In this document: positions 1-11,797 of the stretch, in pieces
How positions within the stretch are numbered: position 1 is the stretch's first letter
How the letters are laid out: every line of letters starts with the position of its first letter
Origin: Octopus bimaculoides
Taxonomy: Eukaryota
DNA: 64,000 nt
Assembly: GCF_001194135.2 (NCBI RefSeq)
Contig: NC_068997.1
Location: 27,791,858 to 27,855,857, forward strand
Reading direction: 5' to 3'
Notes under the pieces: model-generated
Told to the model about the DNA's origin: nothing
Database searches by the model: none
The model's input: only the letters and a program-made list of their open reading frames with translations
Position numbers and translations under genes: made by a program

Positions 1-496
1 ATGAAATAAGATGGAAACAACCAAAGACATTAAAGAAGATCTTCACAAATGCTAAATTATTTTCAAGAATAACGTATGCAAGAGTAAAAAAGTGTGGTCG
101 TCCTAACTGTGGAACATGTCCCAATCTTTTGGAAGGATCAGAATTCCATTTTAGACAAGAGCAAACATTCAAAGTTAAATCCAACTTCACTTGCACCTTT
201 GAAAACCTCATTTATTTTATCAGATGCTCGGGCTGCCACAAAAACTACATAGGGTCGACAGGAAGTTGTTCAGATGGAGATGTGCAGTCCACAGATAACA
301 GATATCCTCTCCACAATATCACCAGATATATCTCAGTGAACACATTGACAGATGTGCAGAACAACTGCAAGCACAATTCCTAATCTTCCCATTATATCAA
401 TTTGTTATTTGGATTCCAGCACAAGTATGACTAAATAAAAAGGCCTCATTTATTGAAATATATAAGCCACAATTAAACATAAACCCATATTTAAAA
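1..496 (+). mobile_element. Penelope-like element (PLE) 3' relic: GIY-YIG endonuclease, frameshifted and with stops
   Basis: Translation gives KKCGRPNCGTCPNLLEGSEF...FKVKSNFTCTFENLIYFIRCSGCHKNYIGSTG. After a frameshift it continues RWRCAVHR*QI...LSEHIDRCA...FLIFPLYQ...FIEIYKPQLN. This is the CxxxxCxxC linker plus LIY..C..C...YIG.T arrangement typical of PLE endonucleases. Truncated by the window start and a gap. Confidence 0.85.
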
Positions 497-874
497 NNNN
501 NNNNNNNNNNNNNNNNNNNNNNNNNNNNNNNNNNNNNNNNNNNNNNNNNNNNNNNNNNNNNNNNNNNNNNNNNNNNNNNNNNNNNNNNNNNNNNNNNNNN
601 NNNNNNNNNNNNNNNNNNNNNNNNNNNNNNNNNNNNNNNNNNNNNNNNNNNNNNNNNNNNNNNNNNNNNNNNNNNNNNNNNNNNNNNNNNNNNNNNNNNN
701 NNNNNNNNNNNNNNNNNNNNNNNNNNNNNNNNNNNNNNNNNNNNNNNNNNNNNNNNNNNNNNNNNNNNNNNNNNNNNNNNNNNNNNNNNNNNNNNNNNNN
801 NNNNNNNNNNNNNNNNNNNNNNNNNNNNNNNNNNNNNNNNNNNNNNNNNNNNNNNNNNNNNNNNNNNNNNNNNN

Positions 875-920
<46 letters not shown>

Positions 921-1170
921 TAGATAGATAGATAGATAGATTGATAGATAGATACATGTATGTATGTGCAAACGTTTATATGACTGTGTCCCCTTGCCTA
1001 GACAGTGCATGATTATTGTGAATGAATTTCCAATATTCTGGTGGCCATGGAGAAATATTATCTGGCTTGAAAGTAAATATGGTTTGGTGACAGGAAGGGT
1101 ATCCAGTTGTAAAAATCTGCCTTTATAACCTCTGTCCAACCCTTGCAGGTATGGAAAAGTGGACGTTAAA

Positions 1171-1201
<31 letters not shown>

Positions 1202-1234
1202 CGACGACAACAACAATGGAAAGAAGGCAGGACC

Positions 1235-2070
1235 ATGCTATCAAAGAAATGGCCATTTTTGATTTGTAGAAAAGCAATGGGGTACACCTTTCATATGGTG
1301 TATCCATTGAAAATTATGGATGTACAAAAAGTCATAATAGGATCACAAGATAGTTGTCAACAAAGTAATGTTTATCAGTTTGCTTTGTATGTAACAGATG
1401 TCCAAAAGCAGTCAAAAGCAAGAGTATGCATGAAATAGATACATGCAAATACCATGAAGGCTCCTTAAGAAACGGTTGATAGATTTTGTTACCTAGGTGA
1501 CCTAATTTACAGAGGTGGTGATGGTTGTAGTGGTGGTAGTGGTGGTGGTGGTGGTTTTGGTGATGATGGTGATGATGATGTACACTTCCCACCCTGGTGG
1601 TGGTTCTAAATGTGTTGCACATAGAGTAAAAAAGAAGGAGGTGAAAGCTCTGGGAGCATTTATCTTTGCTGGTAACAAAAGGTTTCCTTTTTTTTTGAGC
1701 AGATCGTATGATGCTTGTGTAAGAATTGTGTGATAAGATGCAATGCATGATAAGATAACACGGGCCCCTGGATACAGAGTATTTGTGAAGATAGACAGAA
1801 ATGAAGTGAGCTTTCTTCTTTGGATGTGTAATCTTAATGAGTAATAATAAGGGAATATTTATGATGTAGAAAACTGTGCTGGTACAGGTTTGTGATGAAT
1901 ACGGTGGATATTAGGGAAATAAAGAAGTACTTAGTATTGGATGTTGATGGAACTCATACAAGAGGAAGATTCAGGAAGATGACAAGAAGTGGCAAAGAAC
2001 GATCTCCAAATGTTGAGCCTTACAAAGGAGGAAATGAAGAACCTAAGGAACTGTGATGATTGGTGAGATA
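1235..2070 (+). mobile_element. Decayed RTE-clade LINE, C-terminal RT region
   Basis: Collinear peptide relics KKWPFLICRKAMG, DRFCYLGDLI, PGGGSKCVAHRV, LLVTKGF, SRSYDACVR, DRNEVSFLLWMCNL, KLCWYRFVM, DVDGTHTRGRFRK and KNDLQMLSLTKE follow the order of RTE RT domains 6-7 and the C-terminus. A GTG/GAT microsatellite interrupts it at ~1516-1580. Confidence 0.8.
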
Positions 2071-2256
2071 GGAGTTGAGAAAGTTTTGTGAAATGAAACT
2101 GTGTAACTGTAGATTAAAAATAAACCTCTGTAGGTATGTATGAAACCTGAAAAAACAACAAGGGAAGTAACTGTAACAATAACGGTCAATGTGAAATAAA
2201 AACTATGTAGTTGGAAGTGGATCAAGTCTTTAAAGTCAACAGACATGTCTCATTAG

Positions 2257-2289
<33 letters not shown>

Positions 2290-2290
2290 G

Positions 2291-2347
<57 letters not shown>

Positions 2348-2527
2348 CAAGTCTTTAAAGTCAATAGATATGTTTCAGTCTCATTAGGCCTCTTCAGTAA
2401 AGTGTATTTACTCCATACAAAGTGAATGTAGAGATGCTGATTATGCATATGTGCTCATCAACAATATGGCTTATAGAAATAGTACCACAGGGGAGCATTC
2501 TGTGTACCAAGTACATGTGTAGGATCA

Positions 2528-2758
2528 AGCATGGCTGTGTGGTTAAGAAGCATGCTTTGCAACCACATAGTTTTGGGTCGTTCCCATTTCATGGCACCTT
2601 GGGCAAGTGTCTTCTACTGTATCCCCAGACCAGCCAAAGCCTTCTAAGTGAGGTTTTCAGAAGAAACTGTGTGGAAACCCATTCTGTGTGTGTGTGTGTG
2701 TATCTTTTATCTTTTACTTCTTTCAGGTATTAGACTGCAGCCATGCTAGGACACTGTC

Positions 2759-2791
<33 letters not shown>

Positions 2792-2990
2792 TTTTTGTTT
2801 GTGTTTGTCCCCCACTACTACTAGACAACTGGTGTTTGTTTCTTTGCATCCCTGCAATTTACCAGTTCAGTAAAAGACCAAGCAAATAAATACCAGTTTT
2901 AAAAATATGTACTGGGGCCAATTTGTTCAACTAACCCTTCAACACAATGCCCCAGCATGGCCACAGTTCTATGACTGAAGCAAATAAAAG
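2528..2990 (+). mobile_element. tRNA-derived SINE, family B (CORE-like), full length
   Basis: Head tggctgtgtggttaagaag, core ggcaccttgggcaagtgtcttctact, internal (TG)n and tail ccagcatggccacag..atgactgaagcaaataaaag. Other copies or fragments lie at ~6800-6935(-), 9735-9930, 9960-10075, 14260-14460(-), 26330-26505(-), 33180-33260(-), 40140-40470, 51655-51870(-), 55008-55150 and 58645-58880. Confidence 0.8.
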
Positions 2991-3602
2991 ATACAGTAGG
3001 ACATCTTGTATGCAACAGAGAGAGCTGTAAAGCTTCAATTAACTAAGATTATCCTTGTAATCAGTAAACAAAACTCCCTTGTTATGTGAACATAAAAAGA
3101 TATCACTGTATACCATGCACACTCTTAAAAAAGATATCATGTTACGCCATACGTAATCTTAAAAATCCAATTCTAATAAAACTACCATAAACGGTCAAGC
3201 TGGAAGGAATTTTATGCAACTAACATATTTGATAGTGTTTTTTTCCTCTCTGAAGTACAATTATCTCTTCTTGTTGTTGTTGTTGTGTGTGTGTGTGTGT
3301 GTGTAAGTGCCAACAAGAGCAAGTCTTTGTAAGTGTGTGTTAGTACGTATCTATAGCTGTAAATGTTATTATACTAAAAACACAGAAAGTGTTTGCATGT
3401 ATATGCATGTGTGTGTATGTGTGTGTGTGAATATAAGTGCATTAGTGAAAGCTATTTCTGGTGAAGAAGGTGAGAGAGTGAGTGAGTGAGTGAGTGAAAG
3501 TGAGTGTGTTTAAAAGAGAGAGAGAGAAGGGGAGAAGTGAGAGTGCATGTCATGAACAAATGATAGTTAATGTTAAGCAATTATGTATGGGATAGAGTGA
3601 TT

Positions 3603-3633
<31 letters not shown>

Positions 3634-3811
3634 GCTCTGTCCATTCTCTGTGTCTCTTTCTCTCCCTCTCTCCTCTCTCTCATACACACAATTTGTCTCT
3701 TTAAGTCTCCCCTCTTTCTCTCCTTCTCTTTCTCTTCCTTTTCTTTCTCTGCCTCTCTATCTCATACACAGTTTGTCTTTTTCAGTCTTCCTTTTCCTCT
3801 TTGTCTTTCCT

Positions 3812-3851
<40 letters not shown>

Positions 3852-4561
3852 GTTCTCTCTCATTCTCTCTCGTTCTCTCTCCCCTACTCTCTCTCTCTCT
3901 GTCTCTCTCTGCATCCCTTTCTCTCTCTCTCTCTTGCCCCTCCTCCACTTTCTCTCTACAATCTAAGAACTGAGATTACAGCTATCACCAAACTCAAACG
4001 GCACCAGCACCATGGCACCACCAATGACTGGCTATCAATTACATTTTCCTATGAATAATTCAACAACTGTAATGCTTAGAAGCTTCCAGAAGGAAATTAT
4101 AGGATCACAACAACACCAACAACAACAATCACCACCACAACAACAACATCAACACCAATGATAATAACAAACATCAACAATAACAACAACAAAAACAGCA
4201 TTATCACCAATGACAATCATGACACCACTACCAACATCACCCAGACCAACCACCAACAACAACAGCAACATCAACAACAACACAACCACAACCACAACCA
4301 CCACCACCATCACTACTGCCCCCATCAGCAACATCACCACCGGCATCGCCAACAATGTCCACTGGTATTAAAAAATGGTCTTAGAATAAAGCTCTGAACT
4401 GTGCAATCAGGACAAAACAAGAATTTCTGAAACTGCCAAAGTCAAGAATCATTTTTTGACACATTTTCAGATTTTAAAATATTTTAGAAATGATTGGCTA
4501 AAACAAGTTGGGAACCATTACGTGGTTACTTGACATGCTAAAAATAGCAGGTAAATCTCCT

Positions 4562-5080
4562 TTAAATATTGGTTTTAAATTTTGGTACAATGACCCCCAG
4601 TGCTCGACTGGTGCTTATTTTATCAACCCTGAAAGGATGAAAGGCAAAGTTGACATCAGTGGAATTTGAACACTGAATGTAAAGACAGACGAAATGCTGC
4701 TGAACAGTTTGTCCAGCATGGGAAACAATTCTTATTTCTTTATTGCCCACAAGGGGATAAACATAGAGGGGACTTTGGCGGAATTTGAACTCAGAACGTT
4801 GCGGCAGATGAAATATCACTAAGCATTTCGGCCGGTGTGCTAACGTTTCTGCCAGATTGCCAGATCATCATCATCATCAGCATGGGAAACAATTCTGTCA
4901 GCTCACCACCTTTAGATATTGATTTCAAATTTTTGTACAAGCCCAGCAATTCTGGGAGAGGGATAATTTATTACATGAACCCCAGTGCTCAACTGGTACT
5001 AATTTTATTGATCCTGAAAGGATGAAAACAAAGTCGACAAACAAAATACTGTTAAGCCTTTTGCCTGGCATCCTAATAAT
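4562..5080 (-). mobile_element. Cluster of nested or partial family-A SINEs
   Basis: Repeated reverse-strand copies of the family-A motifs gttctgagttcaaattcc and tttgcctttcatcctttc.gggt.gataaa.taag.accag, plus the ...ttgtaccaaaatttaaaacc tail. Confidence 0.7.
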
Positions 5081-5454
5081 TCCATTAGTCTGCTGCCTTA
5101 ATCTCCTTGAAATACTGACCGAGTATTTTGAGAGAAAAAGGGAAGGAAATGTTGGACAATGAACTGGAACCTCTTTGATCATAAATTTGCTCGATTAAAG
5201 CTGATTTGAAACTAAAGAACAACAACAAGGAAACACCACCAACAGAGAACAACAATAACTACAAAACAAGAAGAAGACAACAAAAAATGTTTCCTGAGAA
5301 GGAAGCTTCCGGACAGAAATTAAAATTAGGGTTAATAGAAGAAATAGTGTCTTGTATTTTGGTACAGCTAAGTCTTTGGTAAATCTGACAGTGAGAAACA
5401 CAGCATCGAAGTTATCAATTCTTACATTAGTTAATATAACTTGGAGAGAGAGAA

Positions 5455-5499
5455 AGAGATAGCGATAAAGATAGACAGATAGCTAGCTAGATAGATAGG

Positions 5500-5530
<31 letters not shown>

Positions 5531-5728
5531 CTAGCTAGCTAGCTAGATAGATAGATAGATAGATAGAAGAGAGAGAGGTGGGAAGTTTGATAGAAAAACA
5601 GACAAATGGACAGATAGACAGACAGATAGATAGACCGACAGACTGGCAGACAGATAGACCGACAGACTGGCAGACAGATAGACAGACAGATAGCTAGATA
5701 GAGAGATACATACATACATACATACATG

Positions 5729-5760
<32 letters not shown>

Positions 5761-5817
5761 GAGAGATAGATTCATGCACATATGCATACAAAGATAAAAA
5801 CAGACAGAGAGACAGAA

Positions 5818-5858
<41 letters not shown>

Positions 5859-5860
5859 AA
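5455..5860. repeat. Compound microsatellite block (GATA/GCTA/GACA/TACA/GA)
   Basis: Direct reading. It is representative of more than 100 microsatellite arrays in the window (AC, AT, AG, GAT, AAT, AAC, ACC, GATA, TACA), many of which abut N gaps. Confidence 0.95.
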
Positions 5861-6180
5861 GGGAAAGGAGAGAGATGTTATTTACATTACTGGCAATGAT
5901 CTCAACACATTTTTGTTACTAACACTGAGTTGATGATAAATGGATGAGAGAAAGCTCCAAAAGATATTAATTTCCTGTAAATTTAACAAATTTTCTTTGA
6001 ATAAATGTTAGAATATGTACGTATGAAGAGATACTGAAAAACAATCATTCAGTCTTTCATTTATTTAACATCTGTTTTAGCCACTCTAGCAAATATTTGA
6101 ATAGAGAATTGTTTGAGGTAGGATTTGACAGCTGGATGCTGTTCCTGTTACCAACTCTAACCTGTTTTTCAAGTAAAGGA

Positions 6181-6234
<54 letters not shown>

Positions 6235-6700
6235 TATCATTTAACATCTGTTTTCAATGCTGGCATGGGATGGATGGTATGGCAAGAGCTGGCCAGCTGA
6301 AGAGCTACCCAAGTTCCATGTCTGTTCAGAGATGGTTTCTAACACCAGTCACTTTACAGAGTGCACTGGGTGCTTTTACGCAGCAGCATGGATGCATTTA
6401 CGTGGCACTGGTACAGGTGCTTTTTATGTGACACCAGCACCCACGAGCCAACAAGATTGGAAATGCTCTGCTGGAGAGGGATGCAGGGGACAAGTCTGTA
6501 TGCAAGGACAACCATGCTTTTACTTGGCTTGACTTGACAAGCACAGAAAACTGCCAGGAATCTCACTCCTCTGTCCCCCCCCCACACACTGGGAGGCCCA
6601 ATGTTTGAAGATTCTTTCTCACCACTTCATCCCATGTCTTCCAGGATCTACCCCTTCCACAAGTTCTCTCCACAATTAGAGATCAGCACCTCATTCCACA
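6181..6700 (-). mobile_element. RTE LINE 3' end (ORF terminus, 3' UTR and (GAT)n tail)
   Basis: The minus strand reads ...acttgtggaaggggtagatcctggaagacatgggatgaagtggtgagaaagaatcttcaaacattgggcctc, a frameshifted (TC)GRGRP.KTWDEVVRKDLQTLGL-like segment. It is followed by the UTR and by the terminal ccatgccagcattgaaaacagatgttaaa(tga)n. Confidence 0.75.
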
Positions 6701-7152
6701 GATCTCTGTAAATGAAGAGCCAACTACTTGTAATGTCAACAAGGAGTGTCAACATCAGTACTACTTTATTCAAGTGGTGACAAGCATAAAATATAACACA
6801 CACACACACACATATGCACGCATGCATGCACACACACACAAACATCTGACACCTTGCACAAATGCCTTCTTCTATAGCCTCAGGCTGATCTAAGTCTTGA
6901 GTGGATTTGGCTGATGGAAACTGGAAAAAACCTGTCAAGAAGGACATATTTTTATAACTACATCTAAACTCTCCAACTAGAAAGGAAGAATATATATATA
7001 CATAGAAATATAGTTGAAATTTACAGAAAAACAAAAGACAAAGACAGGTGTATGAACAACAAGCTAGTGTATTAGTTTGATGCTTGGAGAAGTGAGAAAG
7101 TCTTTTACATTTCGAGCCTATGCTCTTCAGCAGAAAGGAATATGAGGAAATA

Positions 7153-7193
<41 letters not shown>

Positions 7194-7399
7194 CAGATTT
7201 GCTGCAGTTTGTACTGAATGCTTTCACATACTATTGGTTGACCTGAGCTTTTAAAGGAAAAACTTGCCCAAAATGTTGTATAGTGGCACTGATCATGAAA
7301 CTTGGCGTTTGGAATCAAACTCTTAACCACCATTTCATAACAATTTCTGTAACAAATGATTTCATAGTAATTTCTGTAACCTCATTTTTCTGTTGGTCA

Positions 7400-7530
7400 C
7401 AGTTTTGTTTCCTATTGGAAGACTTGCAAAAGAATTTGATCTGTCTTTTGGAAGATCCTAGACATATGATATGGCATTCCCTGGCATGTGGTATTCCAGG
7501 TGATTTTCCAAGTTGGAATCCCCTCATGTG
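7400..7530 (+). pseudogene. Short non-LTR RT relic
   Basis: Frameshifted D-L-A-K-E-F-D followed by FWKILDI*YGIP resembles the DLxKAFDSV...LWKILxxYGIP block of RTE-type RTs. Confidence 0.4.
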
Positions 7531-8587
7531 CTAGGTGATAATAGAAATAAGCAGGCTAAGAAATGAAGTTTAACCCAACCAAAAACAAGATTAAATATAA
7601 TCCATCTGAAAGGGAGGAACATCCTCTCCAAATATAAGAAAACTGAGGGAGGTGCACAGAAGACAGTGAAAGATCCATTTTTGATTCTCAAGCATCTAGA
7701 CAGTGGGACCAGTAGAATCTTACCTCGTATCGGCCTTGGACTGAAGGCTTTTTTTCTGATAGAGCTGCACTGGAACTGAACTCAAAACCAGAGTTGTGTT
7801 AAAATCTCTTAACTGCATGCCTAAACCTTATAAGTTTTAAATGAGAAGAATGTGGTGGTGGTGGTGGTGGTAAATTTGATGATGAAAAAGAAGAAGAAGA
7901 AGAAGAAGAAGAAGAAGAAGAACAACAACAACAACAACAACAACAACGACAACAGCAGCAGCAGCAGCAAAAGAAGCAACAACAATAACAACAACGTTAA
8001 TCTGTACAGATTTCCTGGTGCCAAAGTGATTTACAACGATCAGAAGGTTCTTGAGAAAAAAAAAATTCAATTTTTTTCAAATGAAAAGTGTAGGAAAAAA
8101 GAAAACAAAAAGAAAGAAAAAGAGAAAGAAATAAAGGAAGAACGAAAGAAAAAGAGAATGAAAGCAAGAAAGAATAAGAGAAAAAAAGAAAGAAAGAAAG
8201 TAGGAATGAAAGAAAAAGAAAGAAGTAAATCTGTCCATTAAACTTACTATCTTGAGCAAGCAGGCAAAATTATAGAGACAACAATAGCAACAACAACATT
8301 AGCAGCAATAGCAGGAACAGCATCATTACCACAAGGCAACAGTAACAACAACAGCAGCTGCACCACCACCACCACCACCACCATCAGCAACAATAACAAG
8401 AAGAACATTTGAAGACAAAGTATGAAACCAAAACTGTGAAGGGTTTTGTAAGAATCTGTTGGAAGTGTCAGCCGTGAGGTGGAAGGAAGATAGAAAGACA
8501 CATACGCATGCACACACACACACACGCACACACACACGCACATACACACACATACTTGCATATACATATATATGCATGCACACACAC

Positions 8588-8627
<40 letters not shown>

Positions 8628-10073
8628 TAGATAGATAGATAGATATTCACACAGACATACAAACTTACCCACATACACACACATACACACACAAACATAC
8701 ACATACACATACACATACACAAACACACACACACTTATATGTATACATACATAAATTCATACATACTAATAAACACAGATATTTACAAACACACTGACAC
8801 ATACTCACAATTTCATACACAGACAAGCAAACAATATAAAAAGGAAAAAATGAATGAAAATATAAAATAAAACAATTTTTAAATCACTAAAAATACAAAC
8901 CAAAAACATGACAAAAGATGTAAAAATAAACAAACAAAAACACGGTAACAAAGAGTGAACAAAAGCTGAACAAGTGAACAATAAGTGAACAAAATAAATA
9001 GCCCCAAAATTGCAAATGGCCGCCACCTGAAAGTGTTTAGAATCAGTCAAATATCATTAGTGTTCATGTCATTTAATTTGTTCTGTTGCCAGCAATAATT
9101 TGGTTTTAAATTTATTCTTAGAATAAGCCAAACTTGAAAGTAATTTAGAGATCCTGTTGAGAAGATAATAAGTGTTGCGCAATTGAAACTGTTTGCTTTT
9201 TGTAAGATTGAAGTAAAATGGCTGCCTACATTTAACATCTGCTTCAAGGAAGAAAAAGAAATAAGTACACTACTGTTACTACAACAACAAGGACAACAAA
9301 TACTACAACAACAACACCAACATCACCAGTAACAATAAACACTAATGTCATTGCCACCATCACCAATACTACAGACCAAAATCAAAAGAAAAAAAATTAT
9401 TTTCATCTTGAAAATGTCTATTGAGGAATGAAGGACACAGATTTCTATTGAATAGCAGATTCTATGGCATCAGTCTTTGATTTTATTTTTTCGGATTTTC
9501 ATTGATTCTGTTACAAACGGAATACTGAATTTAGAATTTAGTTTAGTTTTGTGACAGTTGTGTGGTGCTGAAGTTCTTGTGTTATGTTGTGTTCTCATTT
9601 TATTTTGAAGTTGTGTTCTGTTGCGTTGTGTTTCAGGCTCAGGCCAAGGTAGCCAACACATGCTAGCCCTACAATTGGGACCATCTTACTATCATTATAG
9701 CCACTACCAGTTATGTTGTAAGTTGTGTGTGTATATGTTTGTCCCCCCAACATCGCTTGACAACCAATGCTGGTGTTTATGTCCCCGTAACTTAGTGGTT
9801 TGGCAAAAGAGACTGATAGAATAAGTACTAGGCTGACAAAGAATAAGTCCTGGGTTCGATTTGTTTGACTAAAGGCGGTGCTCCAGTATGGCCACAGTCA
9901 AATGACTGAAACAAGTAAAAGAGAAAGAGAGTATTCATATTTATGTATAATATGGATCTGTGACTAAGAAGTTTGTTTCCCAACAATGTGGTTTCAGATT
10001 CAGCCCTAGAACTTCAGGCTGACCAAAGCCTTCTGAGTGGATTTTGGTGGACAAGAAACTGAAAGAAGCCTGT

Positions 10074-10133
10074 CTCTGAACATCTGATGAAATATATGTG
10101 TTTTACACTTATGAAACTTTGAGTCATGTAGAG
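10074..10133 (+). ncRNA. Minimal type I hammerhead ribozyme motif
   Basis: Stem I is ctct(ga)acat 10074-10083 paired with atgtagag 10126-10133. Core CTGATGA is at 10084-10090. Stem II is imperfect, with gtgt/acac closed by ttt. GAAAC is at 10113-10117, stem III is short (loop ttg), and the GTC cleavage triplet is at 10123-10125. Confidence 0.6.
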
Positions 10134-10833
10134 CTGAGTCAAACTGTTATTAAATACATGAAACTCTAGCTGAAAGTGTTAAATGCTATTTTAATTTTTT
10201 TTTTTTTTTGTTCACTTCTATATACATGTTTGTGTATGTGCATGTGTATGTGTGTGTCTGTATACGCACACACACACACACACATCTAATATGACACATT
10301 CCTTATTGATGAAATCAAATAGAAACCAAGCCAAATCAAACTGAAACATGGTGCAAGTCTCTGGCTTGCCAGCTCTGGTCAAACCGTCCAACCCAAACCA
10401 GCATGGAAAGTGGATGTTTAAGGATGATGATGATGAAGACGACCATGATGGTGATGATAGGAGTGTAATTTGAGTGAGATTTAGTTGCTATTTTTAACAG
10501 AATGAACAACCACATACAGGACATTGCATTGGCTCATATGGTATGGTTGTTGTTTCGCCACAGTCAACCCAAATCAAGCAGATTTATGATCTAACATTCC
10601 AACCATGGCTATCCTGTCCATGAAGCAATGGTCTAACTTTTAACATTATCCATTGTTTCCTTTCTTTGCTTTAAAAGACTTTGAAGTTTGATGAAAGAGA
10701 TTTGGCTGCTATTTCTAACTGACAGATTGACGTCCTTCATAGACATATCCTGGTTAGTTCTGCTTGTGTCTCTCTGGAGGTAACAATATCATTGTTGTTC
10801 AGGTAGTTCTGAGTCATTCACTGCTACCACCTT

Positions 10834-10880
<47 letters not shown>

Positions 10881-10881
10881 T

Positions 10882-10927
<46 letters not shown>

Positions 10928-11103
10928 TCTATCTCTCTTTCTCTTTCTCTCTCTTAGACTAGGAAAGAGGACAGGGCCAAATGTCAGAGATCAGAGGTCA
11001 GAAATCAGAGGTCAGAGATCTTTATAAGTTGGACCACAATCTCTTTCTGCCCTCTTAATCATTCCTCTTAATCTTAATACAGGGAATTACACACAAACAC
11101 ACA

Positions 11104-11212
<109 letters not shown>

Positions 11213-11236
11213 TGTGTGTGTGAGTGTGTGTATATG

Positions 11237-11280
<44 letters not shown>

Positions 11281-11797
11281 CATGCACACACACACACACA
11301 TACTTACATATATGCATACACACACATACACACGTTCGTGCACACGCACAGACACACACACTCACACACACACACACATGCACGTGTGCTCGCACACATG
11401 CATGCAGAGCTAGAAAATCTCATACGCACACATATATATATACACCAACACACACCTGTATAACACATACACATGCAGGAACATGCAGCATACACAATTG
11501 CACTAGCATGACCTGTTACACTCACATGACCTCCCATTCACGCACTCACACACATTTTATAAAACATCAATAGTTATTTCTATAATTACATCTTCACCCA
11601 AATTGTGAGGACACCTGACACCTCTCACTAGCACCTTACTTGACATCCTCCACTTCTCCCTCCCCCACCTACCCACCCACCACTGTCACCACCTTCATCA
11701 CCACTGCCACCACCATCACCGCCATCACCCTGCCTCTTCTCCAGAGGACAACAAGAAATAAATTTATTTTTTAGTACTGAATTCATTGACTTCATTA

